Positions 52,212 through 64,000 of a DNA stretch of 64,000 bases are shown piece by piece (position 1 is the stretch's first letter; every line of letters starts with the position of its first letter). The translations under genes were made by a program, and so were the position numbers. Location of the stretch: assembly GCF_947568905.1 (NCBI RefSeq), contig NC_079171.1, forward strand, positions 16,430,001 to 16,494,000, written 5' to 3'. The notes below the pieces were generated by a model, which was not told where the DNA came from, made no database searches, and saw only the letters and a program-made list of their open reading frames with translations. The stretch comes from Ostrea edulis. Lineage: Eukaryota.

Positions 52212-54494
52212 ATGGGCGCTTCTACGTCAACTTCAGAAGATAGTGATAAGCATTTGATACAGAAAGTTAAAATCGCTTTAGTAGGTACCTACGCTGTTGG
52301 AAAAACATCAATAATAACACGATACATCAGAGATACGTTCACTTCAGACTATATTTATACACGAGGTAAGATAAAGAAAACGACTGAGGGGCGAGTGGTC
52401 AACCTTGTATCAGCCCGTCACATTTGATGAAGTACATTCTTAATACAAACAACAATTTCAAAGATAAATTTTTTTTCTTATGTTGAAACTTGATATTTTT
52501 GTTTCAGGAGGAAGCATAAATAGGAAGTTGATAACTGTTCATGGATATAAACTTCAGATAGAGCTGATGTAAGTTAATATTATTTCAAAACTTAGCAGTT
52601 CTTTATCAATCAATATAAAACCATCACATGTAATTCAGATTATATCTCTATACATGTATGTATTGTTTTATATCTGATATAGAGATACAGGAGGGCAGAA
52701 GTATCAGAAGGAAATTGCCCCTACTTTGTATAAGATAGCACACGTACGTTTTCTATTAATATAACCCAACCTACGTTCCATTCAATGTTCACTTATCTGT
52801 AACAACCTAGACATTATCTCCAAAGGAAAGGCTAAACTGAAATACTTACACCTATAATGCACACCATCAAACGTCCATCCTTCTTTTAATTTTCAAATTT
52901 GATATCTAAACATAGATATAAATTTATACAAGTCGTACTGAAAATTTTAAAACTTAATATGACTGAAAAGTCCATGTTGAATCATTCCACTATGACACTT
53001 CATATTCTGCAGGGTATCTTACTTGTCCACGATATATCAAAACCCCAAAGCTTTGAGCATGTGGAGGAATGGCTAACGGGAATTCGACAGGTAAACTTGC
53101 CATTCTCATTTGTCCATTCACTTTACATCGGATTAATGTAAATAATAATATACAGATTTCCTACAGTCAAACCGATTCATGCACAATAATCATTGATATC
53201 AGTTCAAAACGTTATATTTGCTTCCACAGAACACTCTTGGTGATCCCGTAATAATGCTCATCGGCAATAAAAACGACTTGGATCCGCAGGTCAAATCTGA
53301 TTATCCTTCCACAGAATCCACGAATCTCACAACAGGACTATCTCGTGTTCCGTATGAACAATGCCAAAAGGTAACGTAGATTTAAACCATAGCCTTAGGT
53401 GTGAATTAAAATTTGAAGGAAGTATAGAAATCATAATTCAAACATTTATTTTCTCAAACCTTTTTAAGTCGTTTACAAGTACAGCATTTGTATATTCCTT
53501 CTAAGGTTTAAAATCGTCTGATATTTTACTATCATAACCCTCAGATCATTTATATTGCTCTTATGACTACAGGTTTTTAGGTTTCCTAAACGGATTGTCG
53601 TTGCATCCCTCCATTGGTTTATCATCGTATTCATCTGACGGGTCATCTTATTCCTCTGACGGTTTATCATTGTATTTCTTTGACGGTTTATTATTGTATT
53701 TTCCTCTGACGGTTTATCATCGTTTTCATCTGAAAGTTTATTGTATTCATCTGACGTTTATCATTGTTTTCATCTGAAAGTTTATTGTATTCCTCTGACG
53801 TTTATCATCGTTTTCATCTGACGGTTTATTGTATTCCTCTGACGTTTATCATCGTTTTCATCTGATGGGTTATTTTTGTATTTCTGTCCAGAAGGTACAG
53901 GAGGAGGGTCTCCTTCCATTTTACAGCGAGGTCAGCGCCAAGACCGGCATTAACATAGACCCTGTGTTTGAGTTGCTGGTCAAAGAAATTCTCCATAAAC
54001 AACACAGTCTTCTTGGCACTATCTGGGAGCCTGATCTAGGAAAGGTATTTCTTCCATTGGTTTGGAGTTACATTTTCAGTTCATATGCGGTTCATTCAGT
54101 TTCTCATTTCTAAAAATCTTTACTGAACGTACAGCGATGCTGATTGCGAAAACAATGAATTTTCACTTGATTTTGTAATACATGTTTAACGTTCGTCATA
54201 GTGTGTGCTCTGATAGCTACATGTACAATTAAATTAAAGTTAGAAAGTGGCCCTCTGCAGATCTATGCAAAAAGTATACAATAATCTAAAACGTCAATCT
54301 TGAAATGAAAGTAACAAATGTCGCTTTGATTTAAAATGAAAATAACATTTGTCGCAGTGAAGGATATATGTTGTGCTCCTGAGTTTCACCACACTACGGT
54401 ATTTTATATGTATATTTTTCAGGACGAAGTCGACAAAGGGAGACCTAATGATAAAAATCCGTCACACAAACGCCTCACCTGTACGATTTTATAG
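52212..54494 (+). CDS. Highly diverged Rab8-derived small GTPase, complete, 239 aa. Exons 52212-52365, 52508-52568, 52683-52743, 53013-53090, 53230-53370, 53892-54044, 54423-54494
   Basis: Seven GT-AG exons total 720 nt in frame. G1 GTYAVGKT, G2 YT, G3 DTGGQ, G4 NKND, G5 EVSAK. Starts MGASTS and ends CTIL*. Exons 2-4 are 61/61/78 nt, as in Rab8. Confidence 0.88.
53615..53880. repeat. Degenerate 20-24-bp tandem repeat abutting the exon 6 acceptor of the divergent Rab
   Basis: tttatcatcgttttcatctgacgg and tttattgtattcctctgacg units. Confidence 0.85.
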
Positions 54495-55329
54495 CAGTAT
54501 ATGGAAAATATAACGCCGCACAATGCAAGCCCGGGTCAAAATGTTCTAAACTGTTAAAATTTGTAAAACTGGGTTGTTATTGTTGTCGTTGGTTGTTGTT
54601 GTTGTTTGTGTGTGTGTGTGGGTGTGGGTGTGCGCGTGCAAGATTTGTAGCATTGTATTCCTATACAATAGTTACATGTGTATGTAATGGATAGATGTAC
54701 AATGTACATACTTGAATTGATAATAACTTGGCTGTTATTGTAAAACATCTTTACAGTAAATAATTATCCTTATCACCTTTGTTGTAGAGTATCTGTATCT
54801 GGTGGCATATATGTAGAAATTGACACCTGGAACTCCTCTACTTTTATCATGATAACAAAGCAAGGACTAGTGCTTAGTAGCTTAGCAAAATGTTTACAGG
54901 GAGCAGAGAGGAGGGGTCCGAGACACTCCCTGAGGAATCTAAGCTTTGTTATAACTTTGTATGAGAGACCGAAATAAAATTAGAATCCTGAGGAACTTAC
55001 TTTTGTGTAATAAAACCTTATGCTTGACAGTGTCAAATGCCCTCTATAAGTCTATAAAAGTACACCTGTAAGTGTACCGCTAATCAATATTTTTAAGCCA
55101 TCTGTCAATTCGGGAATTTACAGACAAACACTCACAAAATGAATTGTTCGTACACAAAAGACTGTTAGAATGTTTTACATTTTAAAAAAATTAACAGCAT
55201 CAACGCGTCACGGTAATTATCGCAAATATTCATATCTTGTGATCAGTCATCTAAACATTATAATTAGCTGACCTATTTTTGAATTCTAGATCTTTTGAGA
55301 CATAATTTATTCCAAACCTTCTAAATGAG

Positions 55330-56075
55330 AAGAAAATACATCCCGTGCTGTGGCCTTCAACTCGACATTTAGATATATCGGCATTTTATCTATTAACAAT
55401 GATATTCATTTTCCCTCATATGTCGATTTGATATATTCCAGTGAACTCAAAACATTAACATATTTTGTATTCTTTATAGGATTTATGAGATTGATCAGTG
55501 TTTGCTATAATAAGATGCCGCAGTTCTTACCGACAAATATCTACGTAGTCTTTGGTGATCAGGTTTTCCAACAGTGTGTTGAAATTCCCATGGGCATGAA
55601 TTGAGCTCCTATATTGGCTGACCTGTTTTAGTATTCTTATGGGGTAGAATTTATTCAATAGCTTATAAATGGGAAGAAGAAAAAATCGGTTGCTTTGGAA
55701 TTCAAAGTTTAGATACATCGACGAAGTTTTATCTAAATAACATTCACTTTTATTATCTTTGAACTTGACATTATAGACATCACAGAATCTTACATACATG
55801 TATATGCTTTATTTCTGGATATTTTATTGAGTATAGACGTTACCGGCAAACTAACAATTAACTCAAGCGAGATGACTTCAGCTTCATCGTCAACTCCCTA
55901 TATGCATATTGCAATATTCCATCATCCGTCTCGGAACAGATTCGACACGCGAGGGAATGTTCCACGTATTTTTAAACTGAGGGTTCAGGTTAGACGGACC
56001 CTACATGTGTTTTAAGAGTCTCATTTAAAGTCAGCATTTCTCAAGTTCTGTGGTAATTCCAATGGTTGGGTCGTT
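55330..56075 (+). mobile_element. Decayed, rearranged Penelope-like RT fragments
   Basis: AFNSTFRYI..LSINN and NIYVVFGDQVFQQCVEIPMGMN*APILADLF, with overlapping pieces out of order. Confidence 0.7.
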
Positions 56076-56255
56076 TGTTTTGTGTGTTTGTTTACGTCCC
56101 TTAAACTCACTTTGATAATTTTTCACTCATATTGAGACGTTACCGGTTCTAGGCGAAGTACCACAACTTTAGACCACTGCTTGTATAGCGCTCAGGAGTG
56201 GAACAGTGAGGGTCTCTTAACGTGCCAACTCCAGCGACATGGGGCCTCCGTTCTT
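56075..56255 (-). mobile_element. SINE 3' half (37065-like family)
   Basis: Reverse complement contains gcacgttaagagaccctcactg...ctgagcgcta...tgagtgaaaaatt...gggacgtaaacaaac. Confidence 0.6.
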
Positions 56256-57203
56256 AAAGCTGACATGAATTAATAAATATAGTATAATTCTATATGTCCG
56301 CCATATTTCTTTGCTAATCCGCCATATTAGTTGGAATTTCTATTGTTATATGTATCAGGGTTCGCATGGTATATAAGGGGACGAGTTGTGCTACGCTTCA
56401 CTTCACATCAGTGTCTTTGATTTACCTGTGCGGGTAGCTTCGACAGGTAACACGTACATCTCCGATACTAATTTATAGGACACCAAGAAGAAATGAAATC
56501 ACGTTTTGAAACACCATGCAGTGCTCAAAATTACAATAAACATATCGTACAGTAGTAAATCATTCTAAAAGCTTTGGATAAATAAATATAGAATGCCTTT
56601 TCTTTACGTGAATGTGGTACATTTGCAATAAATACGTCAAAAATATACAAAAACGCGGAAAAATAGTTCATCTATTATCTAGATCCATTGATGAAATGGA
56701 ATAAGCAAAGGGTATAAATTCTATACCATTCACACTTACTTCAAGCAAAATGCAAATACATAAATGCTACTATACGGAAAAAGAAGACATGGTCATGTAC
56801 GCTCGTCATGAAAAAGCATCGAATGCGGATGATTATTTACCTGGGTCTACTCGTAATATCTGTAAAGGACCGAAGATGTACGTGTACACTTGTCGAAAAT
56901 ACTCAAAGTAGTAGTAAAACTCCCTTTATTAGCATAATCCATGAAACAAAACGGTACACTCCATTTGTATTCCAACAGTAAACAACATTGTCCATTGTAC
57001 AGACTGGGACACACTTAGCCCGTGCCGATCAGCTATCTTCAATCAGGGGAAGCATCAGAGTAGAATATTTACCCTGTATTGTGAATGAATCCTTATACCG
57101 TATGGTTTGCTTGTCAGAGTACTGCAGATTTATAAATCAGGAAATCTTTTGGGTACATAAATTGTTTGTGCATAGATAATTTGCATATACAACACTGCAC
57201 GAG

Positions 57204-57252
<49 letters not shown>

Positions 57253-57769
57253 ATTCAAACGATGATCTTTTAATAATCGCGCTCTTATTAAGACAAATGA
57301 TATCGTTAATTCAATACATGTATAACGGAACAGTAACTCAATATTGCTCTCATTAATTGATATTACAGATTTATTTGATTCATTTAAAGCACGCAATAAT
57401 TAAAAATTAAACATATCTTTAAATAATGTTATTTTCAATTACTTCATTTTATGCTAATTCGGCGCTTAATAGATCTTATATATCTATGCCATTTTGCTTT
57501 ATTACATTCTGCGTCGGATGCAAATTGTAGTAATGTAAACTGTAATAATTGAGTTTATCATATGCGTAGTTATCAAGCACATATAATTTCTTTTTATTTA
57601 AACATATTTTATTGAGAAACTCAACAGGATTGGGCAACAGGCATAGCCTATATATGTAGGCCCTCTCCCAAATACAAAGGTCAAAGTACTTAGAATCAAG
57701 GGGAGGGGCCAACAGTGTCGGCCCCCCACCTTTGATAACAATATCCACTTATTTTTGTTATTTTGTTTG

Positions 57770-57990
57770 TTTGGTTTTTTCTTATGTTTTCCGCCACACT
57801 CAACAATTTTTCAGTTATCTGGTGGCGCCCAGTTTTTGTTGGTGGAAGAGAGAAACCAGATACAATGTACCCGGGAAGAGACCACCGACCTTCCGAAAGT
57901 AAATTGGGAAACTTTCTCACTTACCGGCGCGAGCGGGTTTCGAACCCGCGCCGACAGATGCAGAAGTGAGAGGCCGTTATTTTGTAATGC
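57770..57990 (-). mobile_element. tRNA-type SINE of a second family
   Basis: Reverse complement has B box GGTTCGAAACCC and an (aaac)n-like tail. Confidence 0.55.
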
Positions 57991-59530
57991 AAATAAAAAA
58001 TATATTGGGTGACAACCCCCTCCCCCCAAAATTGACCCCAGCTTGAAAGTTCTGATATAATAGTAGAAGACACACACCACCACCAATTAAGAAAATGAAG
58101 ATATTATGAGGCACTCATAGTAGAGGACTCTAACCACCCCACCCCCTCCCCAACAATGGAAGAAAATAAAGTGTAGGGGGAAATTATTGAGGCAGTCAAA
58201 ATAAAAGACTCTTGTAACCCTTCGCCCCCACATTAGGACTTTGAACAACATAAAACATCTTGGTTTGTTTGGGTTTTATGTTTTATTTTATTGATGTTTT
58301 CGTTCATCTTTTAATTATTATTTTGAATGGCAAGAAATTTTAAAGAATCCAATTTTCCATTTTTTTTTCTTCCTGTTGTACCCCCCACCCCATGAAAAAT
58401 GACGATACATGTCTGGTTATTACATGTACATTTTGCTTTTCAACACATGCATGCATACTAATTGTATGGTGTAGAATTGCACCCTTTACCAAGTTTTACT
58501 TCATTTACACAGTGTAAGGAATGGTAAACCAAAATCACAAAACAAAATGCATAAAGGCCAAAATAGTTTTAAGCGTAGGAACTTCATTCACGAATACATA
58601 AATACATGTATTCAGAAAAATCGCATGCATGCATTGCAGGACTATAGCATATGTGTGTTTTAACGTTTCTGTAACATGCCATAATGATTATTTGCATTTC
58701 GGAGATCTGGCGCAATGGATATATTCTGAAAATAGACATACCGTTGTACGTCGAAATTTCAAATTCAAATGTATCCGATAAGATGTTAGTATTCATAAAT
58801 TAGTAAAATTCGTTTTGAGGTTTTTTTTTTAAATATGATACAGTGTCAATCTACTGTAATGTATTAGTAGGATATGTAAAAGGCAAGAGTATCAACATTT
58901 TTTAGTATCGATATCTATATGATCACGAAAAAACATTATAATGTATATCCGAATTCATATGCCGATTTAGATATCAATAAAAACAAAGCTGCATAGTTTG
59001 GGGGAGGGGGTTCAAATGAGTCTGATGAAATTAAAAGAAGGAACCCCACATTTGCATTCAAACTAGATGTACTTCAAAATGATTTTATTTCTGCTCTGAC
59101 TGAAAGCATGATTCTAAATTCGGGAACGAATCTTGCATATAAAATAATCAATAGGGGAACACATAAATCCGAGCTCCTTTGGAATTTAATAAAATGCAGA
59201 TATGCACCTTGTTTCAGGCACGTATACAGGGGGTTGGGGTGGGCAGGGAGGCTGAGCTGGTCTGCTCTCCCCACTTTTTTGACAATTTACTTTTTTCCGT
59301 TATTCTAACATACAAAGTCAGTATTTTCTACATGCACAGTTAAAACTGATATTTTTTTTTTTGATTTGTAATGAATTCAATTATAAGCATCAACTCCTGT
59401 AAGTTTTTAATATATTGTCAATAACAAATTTTTAAATAGCTGAAAATTTTTAATGCTTGTAAGCTTACCATTATATCAGTGATCAATTTTCTTTCCTTCT
59501 GTGAAATGATATATTGTACATCGAAGTAGG

Positions 59531-59567
<37 letters not shown>

Positions 59568-60986
59568 CAATCAATGAATATGGACATACGGAGACCGTAA
59601 ATAATTATGTGGTTCCCAAAGAAACAATAAAACTATATTTTCGTTTATACATTTCCTTTTATATGTGTCTTTGTGTAATCAACTGTTTATTATGGATTGC
59701 AAATGTAATACCCGAATTTTTAAACAGATGTATATTTTCGATCATTATTCCCTTATTTGTATATCCAAGTTTGTATATGATCATCGATAAATTTTGAATT
59801 GAGCACGCAATATATCCAACCAGATGCTCAGTGTATATGATTAGATTCCCGATTTCTATAAACTGCAAAACTTCGACCAGACAAGCATTCAATACAGGAA
59901 AAATGTTCAACTCTGACATCTCCCCCGATTGAATACACCCTATTTGGCACGGGTGAAGTGTGTCGCAGTCTGTATAATGGAATGACAACTTGTTGTAAAG
60001 TTCTAACGAGATACAAATGGAGTTTATCATTTTGTTTCGTGGATTTATCAGAATAAAGATAATCTAATATTTTCGGTAAGTGCACATCTCCGATACCTGT
60101 TGAATAGACGTCCGTATTTGATACGAGTTTTTTTGGGGGGCGAATATGCCACGTGCATTACATATTATGTATATGGCATGGACCTATATTTTGCAAGAAT
60201 TGATATAAATAATATATTTTATGCTCTTTGCTTATTCCATTCTATCAGTATGTAATTGGCAAATGATTTCTCCGCATTTATTTCATAAGAAACTGCAAAT
60301 ACTTGCATGCACTTGCAAGTATGCAAGAAAAGCTTCTTTTTTTTTTTTTTTGCATTTTTTCTAAATTATCTAAACTTTTGGAATGTTGCATTGGTATACA
60401 ATAAATATTTTGTAATCTTGAGCAAAGCATGTTTTAAAATGTTATTTTATTTGTTTCGCATTCCCTATATATTATTATCGGAGATGTGCACTGGTCGAGT
60501 CCACCTAGAAAAATCACTCAGGTGTGACAATCACATTTCGGGTATATACGGGTACAGTAAATTAGGCTACCTGAGAGAAATATGGCGGATAAGATGAGAA
60601 AGGTGTACGTATTTATTAATTCATGTCAGCTTTAAGGTCAAATAAGCATACCCTGTCGACCGATGTCCACTTCTGGTGTATACAGGGGTCAGTGTCTGTT
60701 CTAGATCTTCTGCTTCCAAGTCTAATGCTCCGGATCGACTGCCATGACCTTAAAAAAAAAACCAAATCATCAAAAAAGACTCAATCATCAAATTTAAATT
60801 ATTCCTAGATTTTAAATGTCAAGATTTTTAGATTTATAATCTCATTGTTAAAATTCTAAAATGTGTTTGAAAGCTCGGAATTTCTTCAAGTTAAATTCAT
60901 CAAAATATCGAATTTCAAAAAGTTTTCAATAGCAAATATCTAATACAACAATGAACAGATTTCTTAAAAAATTTCGGCTATATACT

Positions 60987-62449
60987 GTTATCTGCAATGC
61001 GTTGCATATATAAGTCTTGGGGTACTAAAATCCCGAGTACATTACGATACCAAATATACATCGGGTTCGTATTCTCTATATAAAAGATTAAACTGACAAA
61101 AAAAAAAATTCTATGAATATCAAGGAAATTGCATAAAATATAGAGAGATTTATGAACAATATCGTATGCTTCATGCGGCTTATTCCGTTATACCTGGCAT
61201 TTCTCTTTGAATTCATTTGTTTCTCTTCCATATGTACATGTCTAGATCAACATTTTATCAAAACATGTGCCCTAATTATTATCGATATTATTTACGAAAT
61301 TACAATATTACCATCATGATATTATAGCATCTAACATCAAGATGTTGCACGCAACGCTCCACAGTAAAATGACCGATTTTCTCGTAGAGCGTTGCAAATA
61401 ACAGGAGTACATAGTTTCCCCGGGAAGAGGGTTTTCTTGGGGGGTACCATATCAGAGAAAACGAGACTTGGTTTCTTTTGGGGGGATCAAGCTAAATAAG
61501 TTTATTAGACGGAATAAAGCCCATCTCTATAACTTGTGCGTTGCATGCAACGCGCGACAGTAAAATCCCCGATTTTCTCGTAGAGCGTTGCAAATAACAA
61601 GAGTATATATTGGGCGACGATTCTTATTTTCTCGGTTAGGAATCAATCTAAAATGTACATAAAGGGGGAGTTTCCCCGGGATGAGGGTTTTCTTAGGGGG
61701 TACCATATCAGAGAAAACGGGGCTTTGTTTCTTTGGGGGGGGGGGGATCAAGCTAAATAAGTTTATTACACGTATTAAAGCCCTTCTCTATAACTCACGC
61801 GTTGCACGCGTTGATTTTCATAAATTGGTGGTTTTACTGTGGAGCGTTGCATGCAACGCGTCACAGTGAGATATAGAGAAGGGCTTGACCCCCCCCCCCC
61901 TAAAAAAGAAACCAACCCCTGTTTTCTCTGATATGATACCCCCAAGAAAACCCTCTTCCCGGGGAAATTCACCCTTTATGTACATTTTATATTGATTCCT
62001 AACAGAGGTAATAAGAATCGTCATCCTATATATACTCCTGTTATTTGCAACGCTCTACGAGAGAATTGGGGATTTTACTGTGGAGTGTTGCGTGCAAAAT
62101 CTTGATGTTAGATGCTATAATAGCATGATGGTGATATTTTAATTTCGTAAATAATATCTATGATAATTATAGCACATGTTTTGTTAAAATGTTGATCTAG
62201 ACATGTATATATGAAAGAGAAACAAATGAATTCAAAGAGAAATGGTATAACGGAATAAGCCGCATGAAGCATATGATATTGTTCATAAATCTCTCTATAT
62301 TCTATGCAATTTCTTTGATATTCATGGAAAAATTTTCTTGTCAGTTTAATCTCTTATAGAGAATACGAATCCGATGTACATTTTGGTATCGTAATATATA
62401 CTCGGGATTTTATTACCCCAAAACGTATACGCAACGCGCTGCAGATAAC
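60987..62449. mobile_element. Long foldback (inverted-repeat) element, about 1.46 kb
   Basis: 60987-61400 is the reverse complement of about 62040-62449, and 61555-61745 pairs with 61870-62080; the left arm has an internal tandem duplication. Confidence 0.85.
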
Positions 62450-62499
62450 TACGAAAGCCTATTAGTATCCTGTAAAAAACTAAATTCACATTCCATTAT

Positions 62500-62555
62500 C
62501 TCGTAATTACGAGAAAAAATTTCGTAATTACGAGAAAAGATCTCGTAATTACGAG
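62500..62555. repeat. Three copies of the palindromic 14-mer CTCGTAATTACGAG in a 21-bp unit
   Basis: Direct inspection. Confidence 0.85.
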
Positions 62556-62903
62556 AAAATATTGATATAAAGCCGAGTTCCACAACTTATGGATAATCTT
62601 GGAAATTCCCTCTTTGTTGATTGGTCAGCAAATCGAAATGATCTTATTCAAAGTGTGTGTGACGGTACATATTGTCGTCCGGTGTCGCATGATTTAGCAA
62701 CGCTAAATACCGATAACTTTTGTTCCGGGTTAACATTTACGTTCCAGTCCGCGTAAGTTTAGTTCCGGTCATAATCACATTTTTAAAAACATGAAATGCA
62801 CATGTTTACGCACATTTCTTAAGGGTTTTATTTCTTTCACCGGGTTATACAATAATCAAAGACTATCATATCATTAGAACCGGAATATTTATACGTCTAT
62901 TTT

Positions 62904-63264
62904 CAGGGGCGGATCCAGGAATTGTGGTTACGGGGGCGCCACTTTATGAGGCAGTGGGTCCAGGGCGAAGTCCTTGTGGGGGTCCAGGGGGCGAATCCCC
63001 CGGAAGCTCCTACATTTTACGGGGCTTGAAATATTTCTCCTAGTTAGTCATTTGTACTATTTTCTATCATTTTTAAAGGTGAAATTAATAAAATGACCCA
63101 AATTTTAAGGGTTTTTTGGGAAAAAATTGAGTTCTCCCAATAAAGTAATTTAAGAAATCAAATGATTTTTGTAAGAAATTATTGCTTCTTTTATCGTTTA
63201 GTACGTTTTCCGAAACAAGATACCGCGATTTACCTTAAATTTTAAAATTTTAATCCGCTACTGA
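62904..63264. mobile_element. MITE-like element with imperfect CAGGGGCGGAT / ATCCGCTACTG termini
   Basis: Imperfect TIRs and a GC-rich 5' part. Confidence 0.5.
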
Positions 63265-63498
63265 TTTTTGTGTTTTCAAACTTTGTCAGATCAACAGGTG
63301 TTTATTCTTGTTTTGATCTCTCCAATTCAGAGAATTGTAAACTGGAGGTGTGAAACCTATATATATGTAGATAGAGTTGTTACATGACTCCTTCTACAAT
63401 ATGTACCGACTCAAACTCAAATGTATGCAATATTTTTCTTTTTATTGATCAATGCCATCATATATCTTTAATGATCAAATCATTTCGTACCTGGTTAC

Positions 63499-63633
63499 NN
63501 NNNNNNNNNNNNNNNNNNNNNNNNNNNNNNNNNNNNNNNNNNNNNNNNNNNNNNNNNNNNNNNNNNNNNNNNNNNNNNNNNNNNNNNNNNNNNNNNNNNN
63601 NNNNNNNNNNNNNNNNNNNNNNNNNNNNNNNNN
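63499..63633. other. Assembly gap (N run)
   Basis: Run of N bases. Confidence 1.
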
Positions 63634-63839
63634 NGGGAAAAAGACCGGTCACAGGTATGTGTATATATGTTGCATAACAATTCCTGTCTGCTTCAACGCC
63701 CATCAATCGGCGTACGCTTTACCCGTAAAACAGCAAAACTAACATAACGAAAACTGATTATCCCTGGCAGTATCTATCACATATTGGTGGCTGTATAACA
63801 CAAATATTAAAGTAGGAAAAGGATTAGCAAACTATTTAT

Positions 63840-63844
<5 letters not shown>

Positions 63845-63908
<64 letters not shown>
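63845..63908. repeat. (AG)n microsatellite; others at 48549-48581, 57208-57249 and 59535-59564
   Basis: Direct inspection. Confidence 0.95.
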
Positions 63909-63911
<3 letters not shown>

Positions 63912-64000
63912 GACTATACACTTAAAGCGCTATAGATAGTGGTTTGTTAAAATAATATTTTCATATTATAGATATTTTAAATTGAAATTTATCAATATAC

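Noticed and set aside
59659-60030. 123-aa ORF as an intact gene
   Set aside because: Similarity to the inverted copy at 56.7-57.2 kb lies in a different frame that contains stops; treated as a relic.
63384-63742. ORFs spanning the N run
   Set aside because: Artefacts of the assembly gap.

Overview
AT-rich, repeat-dense eukaryotic (animal) genomic DNA with spliceosomal introns. The repeat families and the Mab-21 gene type suggest a bivalve mollusc, probably an oyster (inference). Spliced genes reconstructed by hand from GT-AG boundaries and reading frame: (1) Rab8 on the minus strand, 6 coding exons in the window, last exon off the left edge, plus an extra, diverged, phase-compatible Rab-type first exon about 440 bp upstream; (2) an intact intronless 666-aa Mab-21/cGAS-like receptor gene; (3) a complete 7-exon RabX1-like gene (217 aa); (4) a small orphan single-pass membrane protein gene with a Cys-rich juxtamembrane region (about 125 aa); (5) a complete, compact, highly diverged Rab8-derived gene (239 aa) with an N-myristoylation motif and a C-terminal CaaX. 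The rest is minisatellites, SINEs, Helentron-associated-type (HINE/Pearl-like) elements, MITE/foldback elements, decayed RTE, Penelope-like and hAT fragments, and an assembly gap. Most long ORFs in the supplied track are artefacts of tandem repeats. All exon structures are manual predictions without transcript support.
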